Below are positions 1 through 13,044 of a DNA stretch of 64,000 bases, in pieces. Both the position numbers and the translations under genes were made by a program. The stretch covers positions 74,638 through 138,637 of the forward strand of contig JAKLZA010000009.1 in assembly GCA_030704615.1 (NCBI GenBank), read 5' to 3'. Position 1 is the stretch's first letter. Every line of letters starts with the position of its first letter. The notes below the pieces were generated by a model. The model ran no database searches. It was not told the DNA's origin and saw only the letters and a list, made by a program, of their open reading frames with translations. Source of the stretch: Takakia lepidozioides. Lineage: Eukaryota; Plantae; Bryophyta.

Positions 1-1
1 T

Positions 2-865
2 GGACACGACGAAGTCCATCCCCTCTTCGATGTAAATGTTGCGCTGAATTTCCATCCGGGGGATGGACTTCGGTGGCAGATCTCAAACTATAACTTGTTG
101 ATGAGAAAGATGTATGGGTTCATCCACCGCTGGCGTGATGAACACGTTCCACCTCCGTCGGTGGGTAAGTGGGACCCAGATGCTCCATTATTGGAGCCCG
201 CACTGCTCTTCCGCTTCGCATCATTTCCAAAATCTAAGGGCTTCGTAGCTGTCCGAAAGGTCATCGGCATCCAAGTTGTCCTCAGGTCCTCCTTTGCAAG
301 GATGCCGTGCTTCCGGAACCGGGACGACTGCCCATTTGGAGGCATCGATTATGCAATGTATTCGGCCACATCGGGAGACATTGTTATCTGGTACACAGAT
401 TACAGAGAAGATACTGGTTCGATTGTGGAAACATTGGTGGCTTTTGAGTATATCCTAGGCCACTACGCCTTCGAGCGGGGTGACGATCTTGGTCTGAGGA
501 GTCCGTGGCTCCTGCACATCCTCGATTTTGATTTTCCCAGCTACGACGGTCACCCATGCAGAAGAAGGCGCACTGCTATGCTGTTGCGGTGGAACTGCTG
601 CCACTGGACATGGGTGGACTCCATCGGATAGACCTATTCTCCTGAAGGAGTGCGCTCCTCTTCTCCATTGTATGGGGACATTCGCATTGGTGTGGACGAC
701 GAAAACGTGAAGATTTCCATATTCGATGGTGGTATGATTGAAGGGCAGGACATTGTGGTGAACACCACTAGGGGCGGTACAACGGCTGCAATCGACTTTA
801 CCTGGAGGAGCCCCATGACTCATGAGCTAGTTCTGAGAGCAGTCGAAGTCCCATTGACAACGTGA
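2..865 (+). pseudogene. Unknown ORF inside the end of MULE copy D; possible additional cargo gene, with one in-frame stop at 629-631
   Basis: ORFs 95-631 and 650-865 are in the same frame, which is open from position 2. It lies about 450 bp inside the TIR at 1308-1328. No recognisable domain. Confidence 0.35.
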
Positions 866-1199
866 TTTGTATTCAGTAGGCACAGGGCTAAAGATTTGAT
901 TGCACAATCAGCACAATAGACGTGCTTCAAATGCAATTCATGTGGATCAATAAAAACCTCATTGTGCCCTCTTTTTATTCTATTTTGTGTCCATCATTCC
1001 GAGAATGCGTCATTGCTCATTTCGTTTGGGATTGGGAGTGTGGGTGGATTTTGCAAGTGGCTGGTAGGCTGAAATGGGCCCCCATTGTACAGAGCAGTAC
1101 CACCCTACCATTCGCGAAACATTGCCTTTCAATATATAATTCTAAATAACATTGCCGAACCTCCTTCATCGGGAGGTCCTTCTCCCCCTATGACCGTGG

Positions 1200-1328
1200 C
1201 ACCCTAAACCCTATTCCCGCGGACACTCATTTCCGGAAAATAGTGCTGCTCATGGTTTTTTCCACACTTACGACTCTGCTCATGGCTCATGCCGCTCATG
1301 GCTCATGGCTCATGAAATAGCAGCCCCC
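1200..1328 (-). mobile_element. Terminus (TIR plus subterminal GCTCATG repeats) of MULE copy D
   Basis: The reverse complement reads GGGGGCTGCTATTTCATGAGCCATGAGC. Its first 21 nt match the TIR at 23213, and it is related to those at 13173, 19545 and 51120. Confidence 0.75.
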
Positions 1329-1489
1329 GGGCGGGGGCTCGCGACCCCCGTATTTTGGCGACGCCCTTGTGACTGCAGGGCGACGGCCGGGCGTCGCAAA
1401 TTCTGCGCCTCTCGCGTGCCCGAAAAGGGCGTTTTCCCAATGCTGCGGCATGGCGCGGGCGTCGCAAAGGCCCCCTTTTTCCTGTAGTG
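1329..1489 (-). mobile_element. CACTA (En/Spm) element terminus, interrupted by MULE copy D
   Basis: The minus strand starts CACTACAGGAAAAAGGGGGCC, followed by TTTGCGACGCC / GGCGTCGC subterminal repeats in both orientations. Confidence 0.7.
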
Positions 1490-2100
1490 TTCAATATGCA
1501 AATCATGCTGCAATGGTTTGTCATGGATACCACTGTATCCCTTCAACTTATTGACATTGACTCTTCCCAGCATCTCTTTATTGATGGTTTGTAACATGGC
1601 TGTGTTGTTATCATACATCTTCTGTATGACATAAGGTCCTTTATATGGTGACTTAAGCTTAGAAGCTTTCATCTTTCCCTTCTTCTGCAACCACAGAACC
1701 AAATCACCCGTCTTAAAAGTTTTCAGTTTACCTTCATCAAATTGATCCTTCCTCTTCATTTGAATTCTGGTCATGTTATCTGCTGCATCAGCACGTACTT
1801 CTTCCACATGATATAATTCATGTTTCCTGACTTTAATTGAATCTTCCAATTCCATTCTCCTTCCCCATTCAGTTCTCATGGTAGGTAACAAGAATTCCAC
1901 TCGAAGTAAAGCTTCCATACCATAGACTAATTGGAATGGTGTATACTTAGTGGTGACTTTATATGAAGTCCTGTATGACCACAAAGTTGTCAACAACTTT
2001 GTATCCCAATCCGTTCTATTTGCATTGACTATCTTAGCCAAAATAGTACGTAGTATTTTGTTGGTGGCCTCTGCCTGCCCATTACCCTCTGGGTAATAGG
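1490..2100 (-). pseudogene. Ty3/gypsy integrase C-terminal fragment, same family as the element at 39283-51048
   Basis: YYPEGNGQAEATNK...GPY...KLKGYSGIHDKP is nearly identical to the C-terminus of pol at about 44965-45563, including sequence past the stop. Confidence 0.9.
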
Positions 2101-3610
2101 TAGGTGGAGGAGAATGGGCATATGGCTGCTGTGGGTAACAACCTGGAGGGGGCCTGTATTGGATGTGCGGGTTGTAAGGGTCCGCAGCGCCATACTGATC
2201 GGGGGTGGGGTAGGCATGTGGGTAATGTGTGTACGGAGGGTACTGTGGAATAGGTCGTGGAGGTGGTCGTGCTGCGCCCTGGGACTTGTTTGTAGCAGGG
2301 TTGACTTGTTTCAACAACCCCCGCCTCGATGGACTGCCCACCATAGCTACAGTGCCTTCGATGGAAACTCGTCTCTTCCTGGCCTGCACAGAATAAAAAC
2401 CAATTCAAACATTAAAGTCAATCAAAGCATTCAAATGAAATCATTCAAACTTTAAAAAAACGTCGTGCACCTGCCATTTTAATGCTTTGATTGTACTCAT
2501 CCTACTATGAGCAGGTCCTCATCCCCTCAGCCTCATCAGGTGCCCCACACTTTTGTTTACCCAGCTTGAAAAGTGGGGGCTGAGCCAAATCTACATGGCA
2601 AAGCCTACCTAGTGGGGAGACCTCACAAACCATTGGCATGCTTGTATCAAAGCGTGCATACAAGAACTTGCATCAGTGGGTAGATGGACTCATGTGAATG
2701 GATATTGCATTTTAGTTGTAAACATAAACATCACTGTGTATCAACCTCTTAGTAAGAGCCTTTGACTTTAACCCAAACTGTCTACACGATGAAGGTATAG
2801 CGAAAGGGCTTGATTTCCTATCCCATTGTGGGGTTTCACTACCTATATGCTCGGGCATCCCCTTCCTTGCTACATGCAAATTTTTCCAGCAATGCCACAC
2901 CTCCCCAATTTAAAATTCCCAAAGTGAGCTACTGCCATTGAAGTGCCACTCACAAAATAGGACTTTGCATTGTACATATTACCCAGAATTCCCGAAAGTC
3001 TTCTGCAGAGAACTTTCCAAATGTGATTGCATTCAAAGTTGTGCCACGTCCACTACCAGATTTTCTGTGGCTTCCACCTTTCAACCTCTTATGTGTGGGA
3101 AGTGCATTTACATCCTGGAATGCTAAGAAAGTCTCAGACATGTTATGTACATTTGCATGCTTCCTTCATGCTGATGCTCAACATGTCGCGCACCTCACTT
3201 CGGTAAGCTCCCCCCTCAAGTCATAGTTACTTGCTTGATGCACGCGCCTAACTCCCAACCTGGCCGCCGGGCCAACTTGGAGCTTCGGCTGCTCACCGGG
3301 GCATAACGGCCCCCCTTCGATCTCCCAAAGAACCCTCCAACGATTTGGAACCAGCGGAATTCCCTTTTGTAGTTGGCAGTCCGGAACAGCTCCCCACTCT
3401 TTGGTCGCTTTCCGGCTCGCTCGCTTACTCACTAGTTTTTTATCACCAACGGGCTTGCACCGTTCTCGGGGTTACTACTCCCTATATATACTTCTGTAGC
3501 TGTCCGCGGGGGTTTCACAAACAACCATGCCATTTTATGGCGAACCACCACGAACACCCTCGACTCCCGGTGATGAGTCACGGTGAGTCTTGGCCCACCC
3601 ACCACGGCCC

Positions 3611-4389
3611 CTAATGCCCAACGCAGACCGACCTCCGAAATTTCAAGCCAATGTCGTTATGGATGTTCGATGTTTTTGTCCTGCACCAAGGATGTCCGTC
3701 ATGTTTCTTATCCATGCCCTGTAAAAGCCCAGCCAGTCCAGTGGAAGAGGTGGGAGGGTTGAGCTCAAATAGGATGTCCCCATCAAACTGTGCTGGCACG
3801 TATTGAACCCGTTGCACAGGAAGGGACTCCCAATCAACAAAACGCAGCTCGCTCTTGCACCCAGGCACACCTGCGAGGGCTTTCAATTTTGGAATGACAC
3901 TCGTTATCTCTTGCAATTCGTCATCATCCAATGACGGAGTCTGCACTGGCGGAGGAATCTCAGAAACATCCTCCGAGGACGAGTCTGAAAGAGTCACGAA
4001 GGTAGTGGATGTGCTCACCTCTTGTTTCACAGGAACTGTGCCCTTCTGTTGCACGACCGATGCTGCAGTGCCAGGGGTAACGACCGATCCTGCTGATTGT
4101 CTTCTCTCTTTTCCAAGGACACGGTATGTGCCTGGAAGGACTCTCCATTTCCTTCCACACTTGCCAACCAATGGTTTCTCCAAGTGCCCAGAATCCAAAT
4201 TCCCATCCTCGTCATACACCTCTTTTGAACAAGGAGAGAACCCAACTCCAGCGGTAACACTGTAACCAGCTCATCCTCATGAACAACTGCAAACCCATCG
4301 TCGTCTGCAGTGGTAGTCAGTGGAAGAGTACCTGCATTGGAATGGAATCGAGCAAGTGTATCTCGCTCCCTCGACATGTTTTCCCTCAC
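3611..4389 (-). pseudogene. N-terminal part of the MULE transposase, subfamily A (frameshifted, truncated at 3611)
   Basis: FDGDILFEL...MDKKHDGHPWCRTKTS...VCVGH aligns with VDGNVFFEF...MDRKHDGHPWCVTKTT...VCAGA of the transposase at 51899-55491. Confidence 0.8.
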
Positions 4390-5324
4390 TGAACGAAAGT
4401 TGCGGAATCCTCGAACTGATAGTCCGCAATTACCGAAAGGGGAATTAAGACAAGCAAACCGAGGTCAACAAAGGTACCTCCAATCCAAAGGTTGCAGGTG
4501 ATGCATGCAAAGGATGTAGGGATGAGATGCACCTTCACTTCGGAAACAGCAACGCCAAGAGGCACTAACCAGAAAAACTGTTTTGAAATACTACAAGAAG
4601 CCGTGCTGTTTATGGATGAAAACAAACACTGAAAACGACATGAAACCAACCATTATGAAAAGACGGCAACAACCCTGGAGAGCAGTAAACAAGAAGACCA
4701 CAAATGTCATGAGGTTGTGTTGTGCCAGAAGAGCACAGCACAAACACTGACACTGCAGAAGATACCTCGCACGAATGCGTGGCAAACATGGTCGTATCCG
4801 ATAGAACCCTTTATGCCGAATGACCCCATGGCGACGGTAACGGTAAAATGCAAACCACAGGGTAGGCAGTACAACACACGTGGATGCATATGTGAAGCAT
4901 AACAATTATTGCGGATCTGCAAGAACTGCTCGAAAATGAACTAGCATTAGATTTCTATGGCACATCCGAATTTGAAAGAAAGCAAGAAGGCCGCGGTGTA
5001 TTGGCAGGCGGCGCAGTACATCTGACATATATCGCTAGTGCATGCAACGGATGTACTTTTTTTCTAGCGCTTTATTGCTTGGATAATACGGAGACGACGG
5101 AATGGATGAATTCCGTTCGCACACAATAACAACACCCGCATCCAAATATGGTTGACAACGTCCAATTTTGATTTTGGTTACATGCCATAGCAGCACTTGT
5201 TACAAATGTCAAACTGGAGAGCTCTAGAGGCATCGTGGGGAGCCCTTGTTTCCAGCGGAGGAGGAAGAGAAGGAAGTCACTATACTTCACGAGCTCTAGA
5301 AACAGGAATAGAGCCAGAGATAGA

Positions 5325-8300
5325 ATGAGGATGGAAAGAGTGGACGAAGAGGAAAAGGAGGTAGAAGAGGGAGTAGAGGAAAGTGTGGCGATGGAGGAGC
5401 AGGAATCAGCAGAAGAACAGCAACCCGCCATAGTTCCAAGAACAGATGAAGAGGACACCGCATCTGAGGGAGAGACAGCCGAGATGGAAGAGGATGTTGA
5501 AGGTGGCCTCACGAGGAGTCTGCCTGCGGGAAAGAGGAAGGGGGAGAGGCTCACGTACACGCTCGGCGCAGAGAGCAGCCCGAAGCGAAAAGGGTCCCCG
5601 GCAATTGGGGAGTCTTCTGGAGCAGCCAAGAAAAAGGTGAAATCTTTAAGACCCACATTTGTGTTTCGTTGCTGATATGAATATAGCCCACACAGGACAT
5701 CTGCACCAAGCTGAAAGCACCGCAAACTGGAAGCCCAAATAGTGTGCGGCAACGCACACTCTTTGGGCCTACCAATTTGGTTGATTGTTCAGGTGCAAAA
5801 CGCCCAAACTTGGGCACTACAGCAGGTTCAATACAACCCAAATTGCAAGCTCAATCAGAGACAGTTGAGCTGAACATTTCACTGCTGTTTCCGTCTCGAT
5901 ATCGATTTTCCAGGATATTTATGTCAGGACGACAGAACCCTTCAGTGGCAGCTCAAACAGTGTGCGTTGGCGCACACTATTTGAGCTCTACATGTCACGG
6001 TTTTGTCCGTGTTGAATTCGCCCTTTAGGGCACGTTTATGATGACGAAATAACCATTCAGTGGCAGCTCAAACAGTGTGCGTTGGCGCACACTGTTTGAG
6101 CTGAACATGTAAGTGTTTTTTTCCGATTGAAATTCGGACTTCCAGGGCAGGTTTATGATGATGAAATAACCATTCAGTGGCAGCTCAAACAGTGTGTGGG
6201 CACACTGTTTGAACTGAACATGTCATTGCTTTTTTGGTGTTAAATTCGGACTTCCAAGGCAGGTTTATGATGATGAAATAACCATTCAGTGGCAGCTCAA
6301 ACAGTGTGCGCCAACGCACACTGTTTGAGCTGTGCATGTCACTGCTTTTTTGGTGTTAAATTCGGACTTCCAGGGCAGGTTTATGATGATGAAATAACCA
6401 TTCAGTGGCAGCCCAAACAGTGTGCGTTGGCGCACACTGTTTGAGCTGTACATGTCACTGCTTTTTTGGTGTTAAATTCGGACTTCCAGGGCAGGTTTAT
6501 TATGATGAAATAACCATTCAGTGGCAGCTCAAACAGTGTGCGCCAACGCACACTGTTTGAGCTGTACATGTCACTGCTTTTTTGGTGTTAAATTCAGACT
6601 TCCAGGGCACGTTTATGATGATGAAATAACCATTCAGTGGCAGCTCAAATAGTGTGCGTTTGCGCACACTGTTTGAGCTGAACATGTAAGTGTTTTTTCC
6701 GATTGAAATTCGGCATTTAGGGCACGTTTCCGAGGATGAAATAAACATTCAGTGGCAGCTCAAACAGTGTGTGCCAACGCACACTGTTTGAGCTGTACAT
6801 GTCACTGCTTTTTTGGTGTTAAATTCGGACTTCCAAGGCAGGTTTATGATGATGAAATAACCATTCAGTGGCAGCTCAAACAGTGTGCGTTGGCGCACAC
6901 TGTTTGAGCTGAACATGTAAGTGTTTTTTCCGATTGAAATTCGGCATTTAGGGCAGGTTTCTGAGGATGAAATAACCATTCAGTGGCAGATCAAACTACA
7001 TGTCACTGCTTTTTTGGTGTTAAATTCGGACTTCCAGGGCAGGTTTATGATGATGAAATAACCATTCAGTGGCAGCTCAAACAGTGTGCGTTGGCGCACA
7101 CTGTTTGAGGTGAACATGTAAGTGTTTTTTCCGATTGAAATTCGGCATTTAGGGCACGTTTCTGAGGATGAAATAACCATTCAGTGGCAGCTCAAACAGT
7201 GTGCGCCAACGCACACTGTTTGAGCTGTACATGTCACTGCTTTTTTGGTGTTAAATTCGGACTTCCAGGGCAGGTTTATGATGATGAAATAACCATTCAG
7301 TGGCAGCTCAAACAGTGTGCGTTGGCGCACACTGTTTGAGCTGAACATGTAAGTGTTTTTTCCGATTGAAATTCGGCATTTAGGGCACGTTTCTGAGGAT
7401 GAAATAACCATTCAGTGGCAGCTCAAACAGTGTGCGCCAACACACACTGTTTGAGGTGAACATGTAGTGTTTTTTTCGATTGAAATTCGGCATTTAGGGC
7501 ACGTTTCTGAGGATGAAATAACCATTCAGTGGCAGATCGAACTACATGTCACTGCTTTTTTGGTGTTAAATTCGGACTTCCAGGGCAGGTTTATGATGAT
7601 GAAATAACCATTCAGTGGCAGCTCAAACAGTGTGCATTGGCGCACACTGTTTGAGGTGAACATGTAAGTGTTTTTTCCGATTGAAATTCGGCATTTAGGG
7701 CACGTTTCTGAGGATGAAATAACCATTCAGTGGCAGCTCAAACAGTGTGCATTGGCGCACACTGTTTGAGCTGAACATGTAAGTGTTTTTTCCGATTGAA
7801 ATTCGGCATTTAGGGCACGTTTCTGAGGATGAAATAACCATTCAGTGGCAGCTCAAACAGTGTGCGCCAACGCACACTGTTTGAGCTGTACATGTCACTG
7901 CTTTTTTGGTGTTAAATTCGGACTTCCAGGGCAGGTTTATGATGATGAAATAACCATTCAGTGGCAGCTCAAACAGTGTGCGTTGGCGCACACTGTTTGA
8001 GCTGAACATGTAAGTGTTTTTTTCGATTGAAATTCGGACTTCCAGGGCAGGTTTATGATGATGAAATAACCATTCAGTGGCAGCTCAAATAGTGTGCGTT
8101 GGCGCACACTGTTTGAGCTGAACATGTAAGTGTTTTTTTCGATTGAAATTCGACATTTAGGGCACGTTTCTGAGGATGAAATAATCCCTCACTGGCAGTT
8201 CAAACAGTGTGCGTCAACGCACACTGTTTGAGCTGTACATGTCACACTGTTCGAACTCACCTTTTCACTTTTTTCATCCAAAATCGGCCGCATATCTTGG

Positions 8301-11300
8301 AGTTTACAATGAACACTTACCTGGCACAAGTAGATGTTCAATGATCATTTACATGGCAAGTGAAACAGTGTGCGTCAACGCACACTGTTTGAGCCCACTT
8401 TTACATTGTCTATTTCTGTGGAATTCGGCAACATAGGACATGTCTGTGAGGGTCAATGTACACTTACCTGGCAGCTTAAAATATTGTGCGTCAACGCACA
8501 CTCTTTGAGCCCACTTTCTCATGCCTAAGCCGACGTTTCATGCCTCTCTAATATCAAGTTGAATGAACAACCCTGTAGGAGAAGATGCAAAGTGTGGCAG
8601 ATGAGGTCCCTTCGGGTCAGGCGAAGGAGATAATTGTTGATGTGGACGATGAGTTCTATGAAAGCAAAGCCGCTGAGATGCTGGGGGGTCAGAAGGTAAA
8701 CTCTCAGCTTGTGGTGCAAAGTATGCTTGCCCCGGGTGGGAGGTTGAAGATTCCCCTGTGTAGGTTGGTTTCCATGCGCGTCGTTCGTACACCCCTCGTC
8801 AAGGACATTCTCAAGCTGGAGGCCGAGTTTGTGCATGGGTATTTGGATGGATCCGCAGTCTTTTACGTTTCTACTAGGGATTCCAAAGGTAATGAGCTCC
8901 TCGTGGATCAGTCAATCGTGGACTCCTGGGACCCCATTTGGAGACAGCTGAACGAATCCTTCGAACTTCTTCTCTCCAGGAAACCTTCCACCCAGGCATT
9001 CTCGGGAAAGATGTTTCACGTTTGGGATGGGAACCACCGCTTGCTTGCATGGATGGCTGTCATTGGGAGGCTGCACTCACAGGAGGAAGAGTGGCATTAC
9101 TCTGTTCGATCGATGGTGCTGGATTGTGACGGGAACATGATGGGTCTTCTGACGGCAATGAATGATGTGAACAGGTTGGTTTCTCATTCTACATGTTCCA
9201 CTTGTGGTTCCGTTCTTCTTTGATTGAAGACCTTGAATTTCATTCTGACTTACAGATATCATTCTGCAGAGGAACGGAGACATCGCATGTCAAAACGAGT
9301 TTGGTTCACACACTGTATAGGATACAAAGGATAGGGCAGATGCCCTTGACCAACTTCAAGACCATCCTTTCAGCAGAGATGTACAAGAAGTGCGAAAGCT
9401 CCAAGACATCGAAACGTGGTACTCGTTGACCCGTGAGGCTTTCATGGAGTACATGTACACGGTGAGATACATCTTCCTTCATCTGGTCTTCCATATTCCA
9501 CATGTTTGTTTCTGTTTGTTTCCCTTGACCTTGTGCTGATGCAACTCTCTTGCATTCCCTTGCAGCAAGACATTGCAGATGCAGGGGAGCGTGGCAAACT
9601 GGAATACTACAGCTCTACCCCTGAGGAGAGAAGGACAGCAAAGGGGTTGAGAGTCGCATCCAGAAAGAGATGACCGCTACAAGAAGGACTATAATGAGTG
9701 CTTTCGTGAAGCAGTTGAGAATTGCCGACCCATCATTCGGACCGCAGTTTCTCCTGGAGATAAAAAACCATTATAACAAGCCAGACAAGCCAGAAATGGC
9801 CCAGGAGAAGTTGCAAAGGCTGTCTACCGCCGTTGTGTCTCCAAAACAAAAGGTGAAGTGGCTGCAGATATGGAACTCCGATCCCACAGTTAGGGATACC
9901 CACATGTTCCCAAGGCCGGAGAAAGAGAAGAAGACCCAGCGTGTCATTCCTGTCAGTGACAATGTGCTGGACACCTGGCTTCACAAGGCCACTTACTGGA
10001 GCCAGGTGTGATGTCCTTCCCTGTGTCACTGTCTTTTCTCTTTTCCTGTCCTTATCTTTCTATTGCCTCTTACATTCGCTGTGATTGCTTTTGGTTTCAT
10101 TCTTGCATTTGTATTGTTTTGCAGTTGGAAGAAAGGGCCAGATCGGTTCTACATACTCAACTGGCTGACTATGGCATCAGTATGATAGCACCGAAGGTGT
10201 CCTTCGAAGCATACATGAGGAAATGGAGAGTGTGGCACTCTTGTTTCTTTAGAGAGTTCAGCAAGGAGGGTGGCATCAGTCGAACAAATGAGCTGGACCA
10301 GCAAGAAAAAGGAGAGGAAGCCTGGAAACGATGCCTTTACAGGTGCACACTCTTGCACTACTTATTTGTGCTGTGGTTGCAATGTGTTGTGTGGCATACT
10401 GTTTAAGGGGGTCTTCCTGGTGTGATGGAAAAGTTGCCACACAATATTTCCATTGTAAAATGAGGTTGTCTCTGTTGCTGCAGGTACATAAAGTTTGTTC
10501 TCCTGGAAGAGAATTGCCTGGACAAACATCCAGATTTCGTGGACCTGTGGCTTGTCCCTGCTGGCAACCAGACCATGTTCACTACTGGGATCTTGCATGA
10601 CTGGGGCCCAGACCATCTTTCTTCTTGTGGTTGGTATTTGGATTGCCCTCCTTCTGAGACCCCAGCTCCAGAGGTGTCTTTGAGGAGAGAGAATGACCGT
10701 ATTGCAGCCACTGCCGCAGCAGCCGACCTCGACATTCATGAACGAAATTTGAGGACTCTTGCAGAGAAGGAGCCTCCCGCTCACGATACCCCAGGTAGAG
10801 GAAGAAAGGCAAAGGGAAAAGATGTTGCTGGTGTTGTGGGGAAGGGAAGGGGTAGAGGGAAGGTGGCACAAGGGCAGGGAAGTGTTGCAGATATTAGCCC
10901 TGTGGAGCATGTCCAGCAGACTCCACTGCATGGTAGGGGATCCGGGAGAAAAAACAAGGGGGTGGTTGATCCCAAGGACCCGTACCATGCAGTGGAACAT
11001 CCCACGAGGGTCATTCGCCCAACCAGGTTGGAGATGGCCAACGTCGGGTTCCTTGCCATGATGGAGTCGAAGAAATCTGATTACAAAGGCGAGCCATCAC
11101 CAGTGTGGGACAGGATTGTGCAGTTCCTCAGCACGGTGCGTGTTCTCTTTGGGTTCTGTGGCTTCTGTTGTTTTTGTCTGCTGTGGGCATGGATCGTTTC
11201 TAAACTTGTGAGAATTCAATTGTATTATTGTTTGCAGGCTAAAATGACCAAATCCAGGGTGAACGGGAAGGAGAAGCCATATGCAGCCGAACTCATCATC

Positions 11301-12297
11301 TTGGACATCCCTGATGGGTTGGCAGTCCCGGATATCCCTCCATTGGGTGCTTGTCCGGGTTGGAATGCTTTTGATGAGCGCTACTGGCGGTGGGTTTTCT
11401 CCTTTTGCAACTTCTTCCTATCCGATGCAGGTGTTTTGGTGCTCATCCAGTCCATCGACGGTCGGTGTCGCCGTGCACTTTCCAGCTATTTGAAAGCCTC
11501 GGGCATGAGAGTCGTGAAGACATGGAATTGTGTGAACAGCATGTACCTTACGAAGGGGGATCGCCGGGAGAGATGGTGAGTTTGCCTTCTTCTTCCTCTT
11601 CTTGGTTGTTCTACGATGGGGTTGTATAGGTCGCTCGAACTCATATGTAGGGGCCCGATTTTTTTTTGCTTCTTAGTTCCTTGTGGATGTCATGTTCGCA
11701 GACTCGTCTGTTTGAAGCTGTTTGTCTCGTCCGGGTGCATCCACAAACGACTCCGGCCGGCATTACCGAGTTTGCCATCACTCATGGGGCCAAGTTCATA
11801 GATGACAGGACAGATCCCCCCACGGATGACATGCATCACAACTACATCGACAGCAACGTGTGCTTGCGAAGGGGGAATGGGGTTCCTTGGAGAGGGGCGA
11901 GGGAGAGGAGTCCGGCTTTCATTCAAACGATTGTGGAGTGCTGCACCTACACAGACGCCAGAGTTCTGGATTTGTCGATGGGCACAGGTTCGTCTCTTCA
12001 ACATTCACATTTCATGAGGTTTGATTGAGCTTGCACTTTCAGCACTTCCCACCGTTCCGAATGTGTCTTCAATGTCTTCTTCATTCATTCTATTCCACTG
12101 CAGGTGCTTCTTACCACGCTTGCAAGGCCAGTGCGCGACATGTCTTTGGGATTGAAGGGGATGCTGAGATTTACAAGAACCTCCTGATGGGTTTGGGTGG
12201 ACACACTTCTCAAGTCCTTCCGAAGCCCCGTCCCGTTGATACTGATACAGAGGAGACTTCTGACAAGGAGCTGCACTCCGACTTTGCCTGTGAGTAA
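5325..12297 (+). CDS. Spliced ParB/Srx-like plus beta-class DNA amino-methyltransferase-like fusion, paralogue A. Exons approx. 5325-5636, 8579-9174, 9270-9461, 9566-10005, 10125-10342, 10484-11135, 11238-11575, 11702-11987, 12104-12297; three -1 frameshifts
   Basis: GT-AG introns. Motifs: KIPLCRLV, FHVWDGNHRLLAW, ELIILDIPDG, RERSPAFIQTIVE, VLDLSMGTG|AS, RHVFGIEGD. Collinear with paralogue C. Frameshifts at about 9413, 9625-9665 and 11557 fall in or near homopolymers. The start codon is uncertain. Confidence 0.75.
5940..8520. repeat. Tandem array of about 115-bp units (231-bp higher-order dimer, about 20 units), each with an 18-bp-arm hairpin CAGCTCAAACAGTGTGCG-(TTGG|CCAA)-CGCACACTGTTTGAGCTG; lies in intron 1 (5637-8578) of cargo gene A
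   Basis: Read directly from the sequence. The 231-bp periodicity also shows in the repeated ORFs at 6518, 6749 and 6980. Confidence 0.95.
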
Positions 12298-13044
12298 GTT
12301 CAACCTGTGCATGCTTTCATTGTTGTTTCAATATCAAGAGTCGATGTTCTTCAGGCAAAGTGCACATGGGAGACATCCTCTTTGTTGGACTTGTGCATTG
12401 CATCATTGTGTTAAAAATGGGGTTTTGTGGACATGTGCAGGAGTCCGCGTGCTTCCACTTGCCCTCCAGGGCTATCACACCTATTTGGACTTGTTTGCAG
12501 TCCTCCTCGGTCTTGCGTGCTACCTGTCTATGCGGAGGCACTCGCAGCAAGCATGTCCGTTCATGGCACTCCGAGTCCATCTTACGACGGCCTTCGTAGA
12601 ACACGTGGTGTTGGGGCCAGAATCTTTGTAGATGACATAGCACAGGAGGTGGACACTGATTGTGATGACTGCGACACTTGATATGAAGTTTTCTTTTGGT
12701 TTAATTCTGGGCCAAATTTGAAATGGGATGGTTGTGTGTCCTTGTTGTCCTGTTTGCAATGTGTGCGTGGAATTCACATTCATGGTTACAAACTATTGTT
12801 GGAGATGGGGGTTGCATGGACTGCCTGGATTGTTCCTTCAATCTATTTGATGTTTTGTGGACCTCACAGACTGGAGTACATTGCGAAAACAAACAAACCA
12901 CTTTGGTTCGTGTAGAGCATTCTCGCATCATTTGCTAGTTGGTCCCCAAACTATTCCTGCTAGAAGAATGGTTGGTGAATCCATCACGGTGAAGTCCACC
13001 TCATCAAAAACTGTTCAGGCATTCTCAATTCTATCCACATCAAC

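Noticed and set aside
3240-3613. PIF/Harbinger terminus (TTA followed by GGGGCC on the minus strand) truncating transposase A
   Set aside because: No matching partner TIR or TSD was found in the window.
5940-8520. CRISPR array (palindromic repeat with regular spacing)
   Set aside because: The spacers are two alternating near-identical sequences rather than unique ones. There are no cas genes, and the array lies in a spliceosomal intron.
9410-11560. Programmed frameshifting, or certain pseudogenisation, of cargo gene A
   Set aside because: The three shifts are single-base losses in or near homopolymers, typical of long-read error. This cannot be decided without reads.
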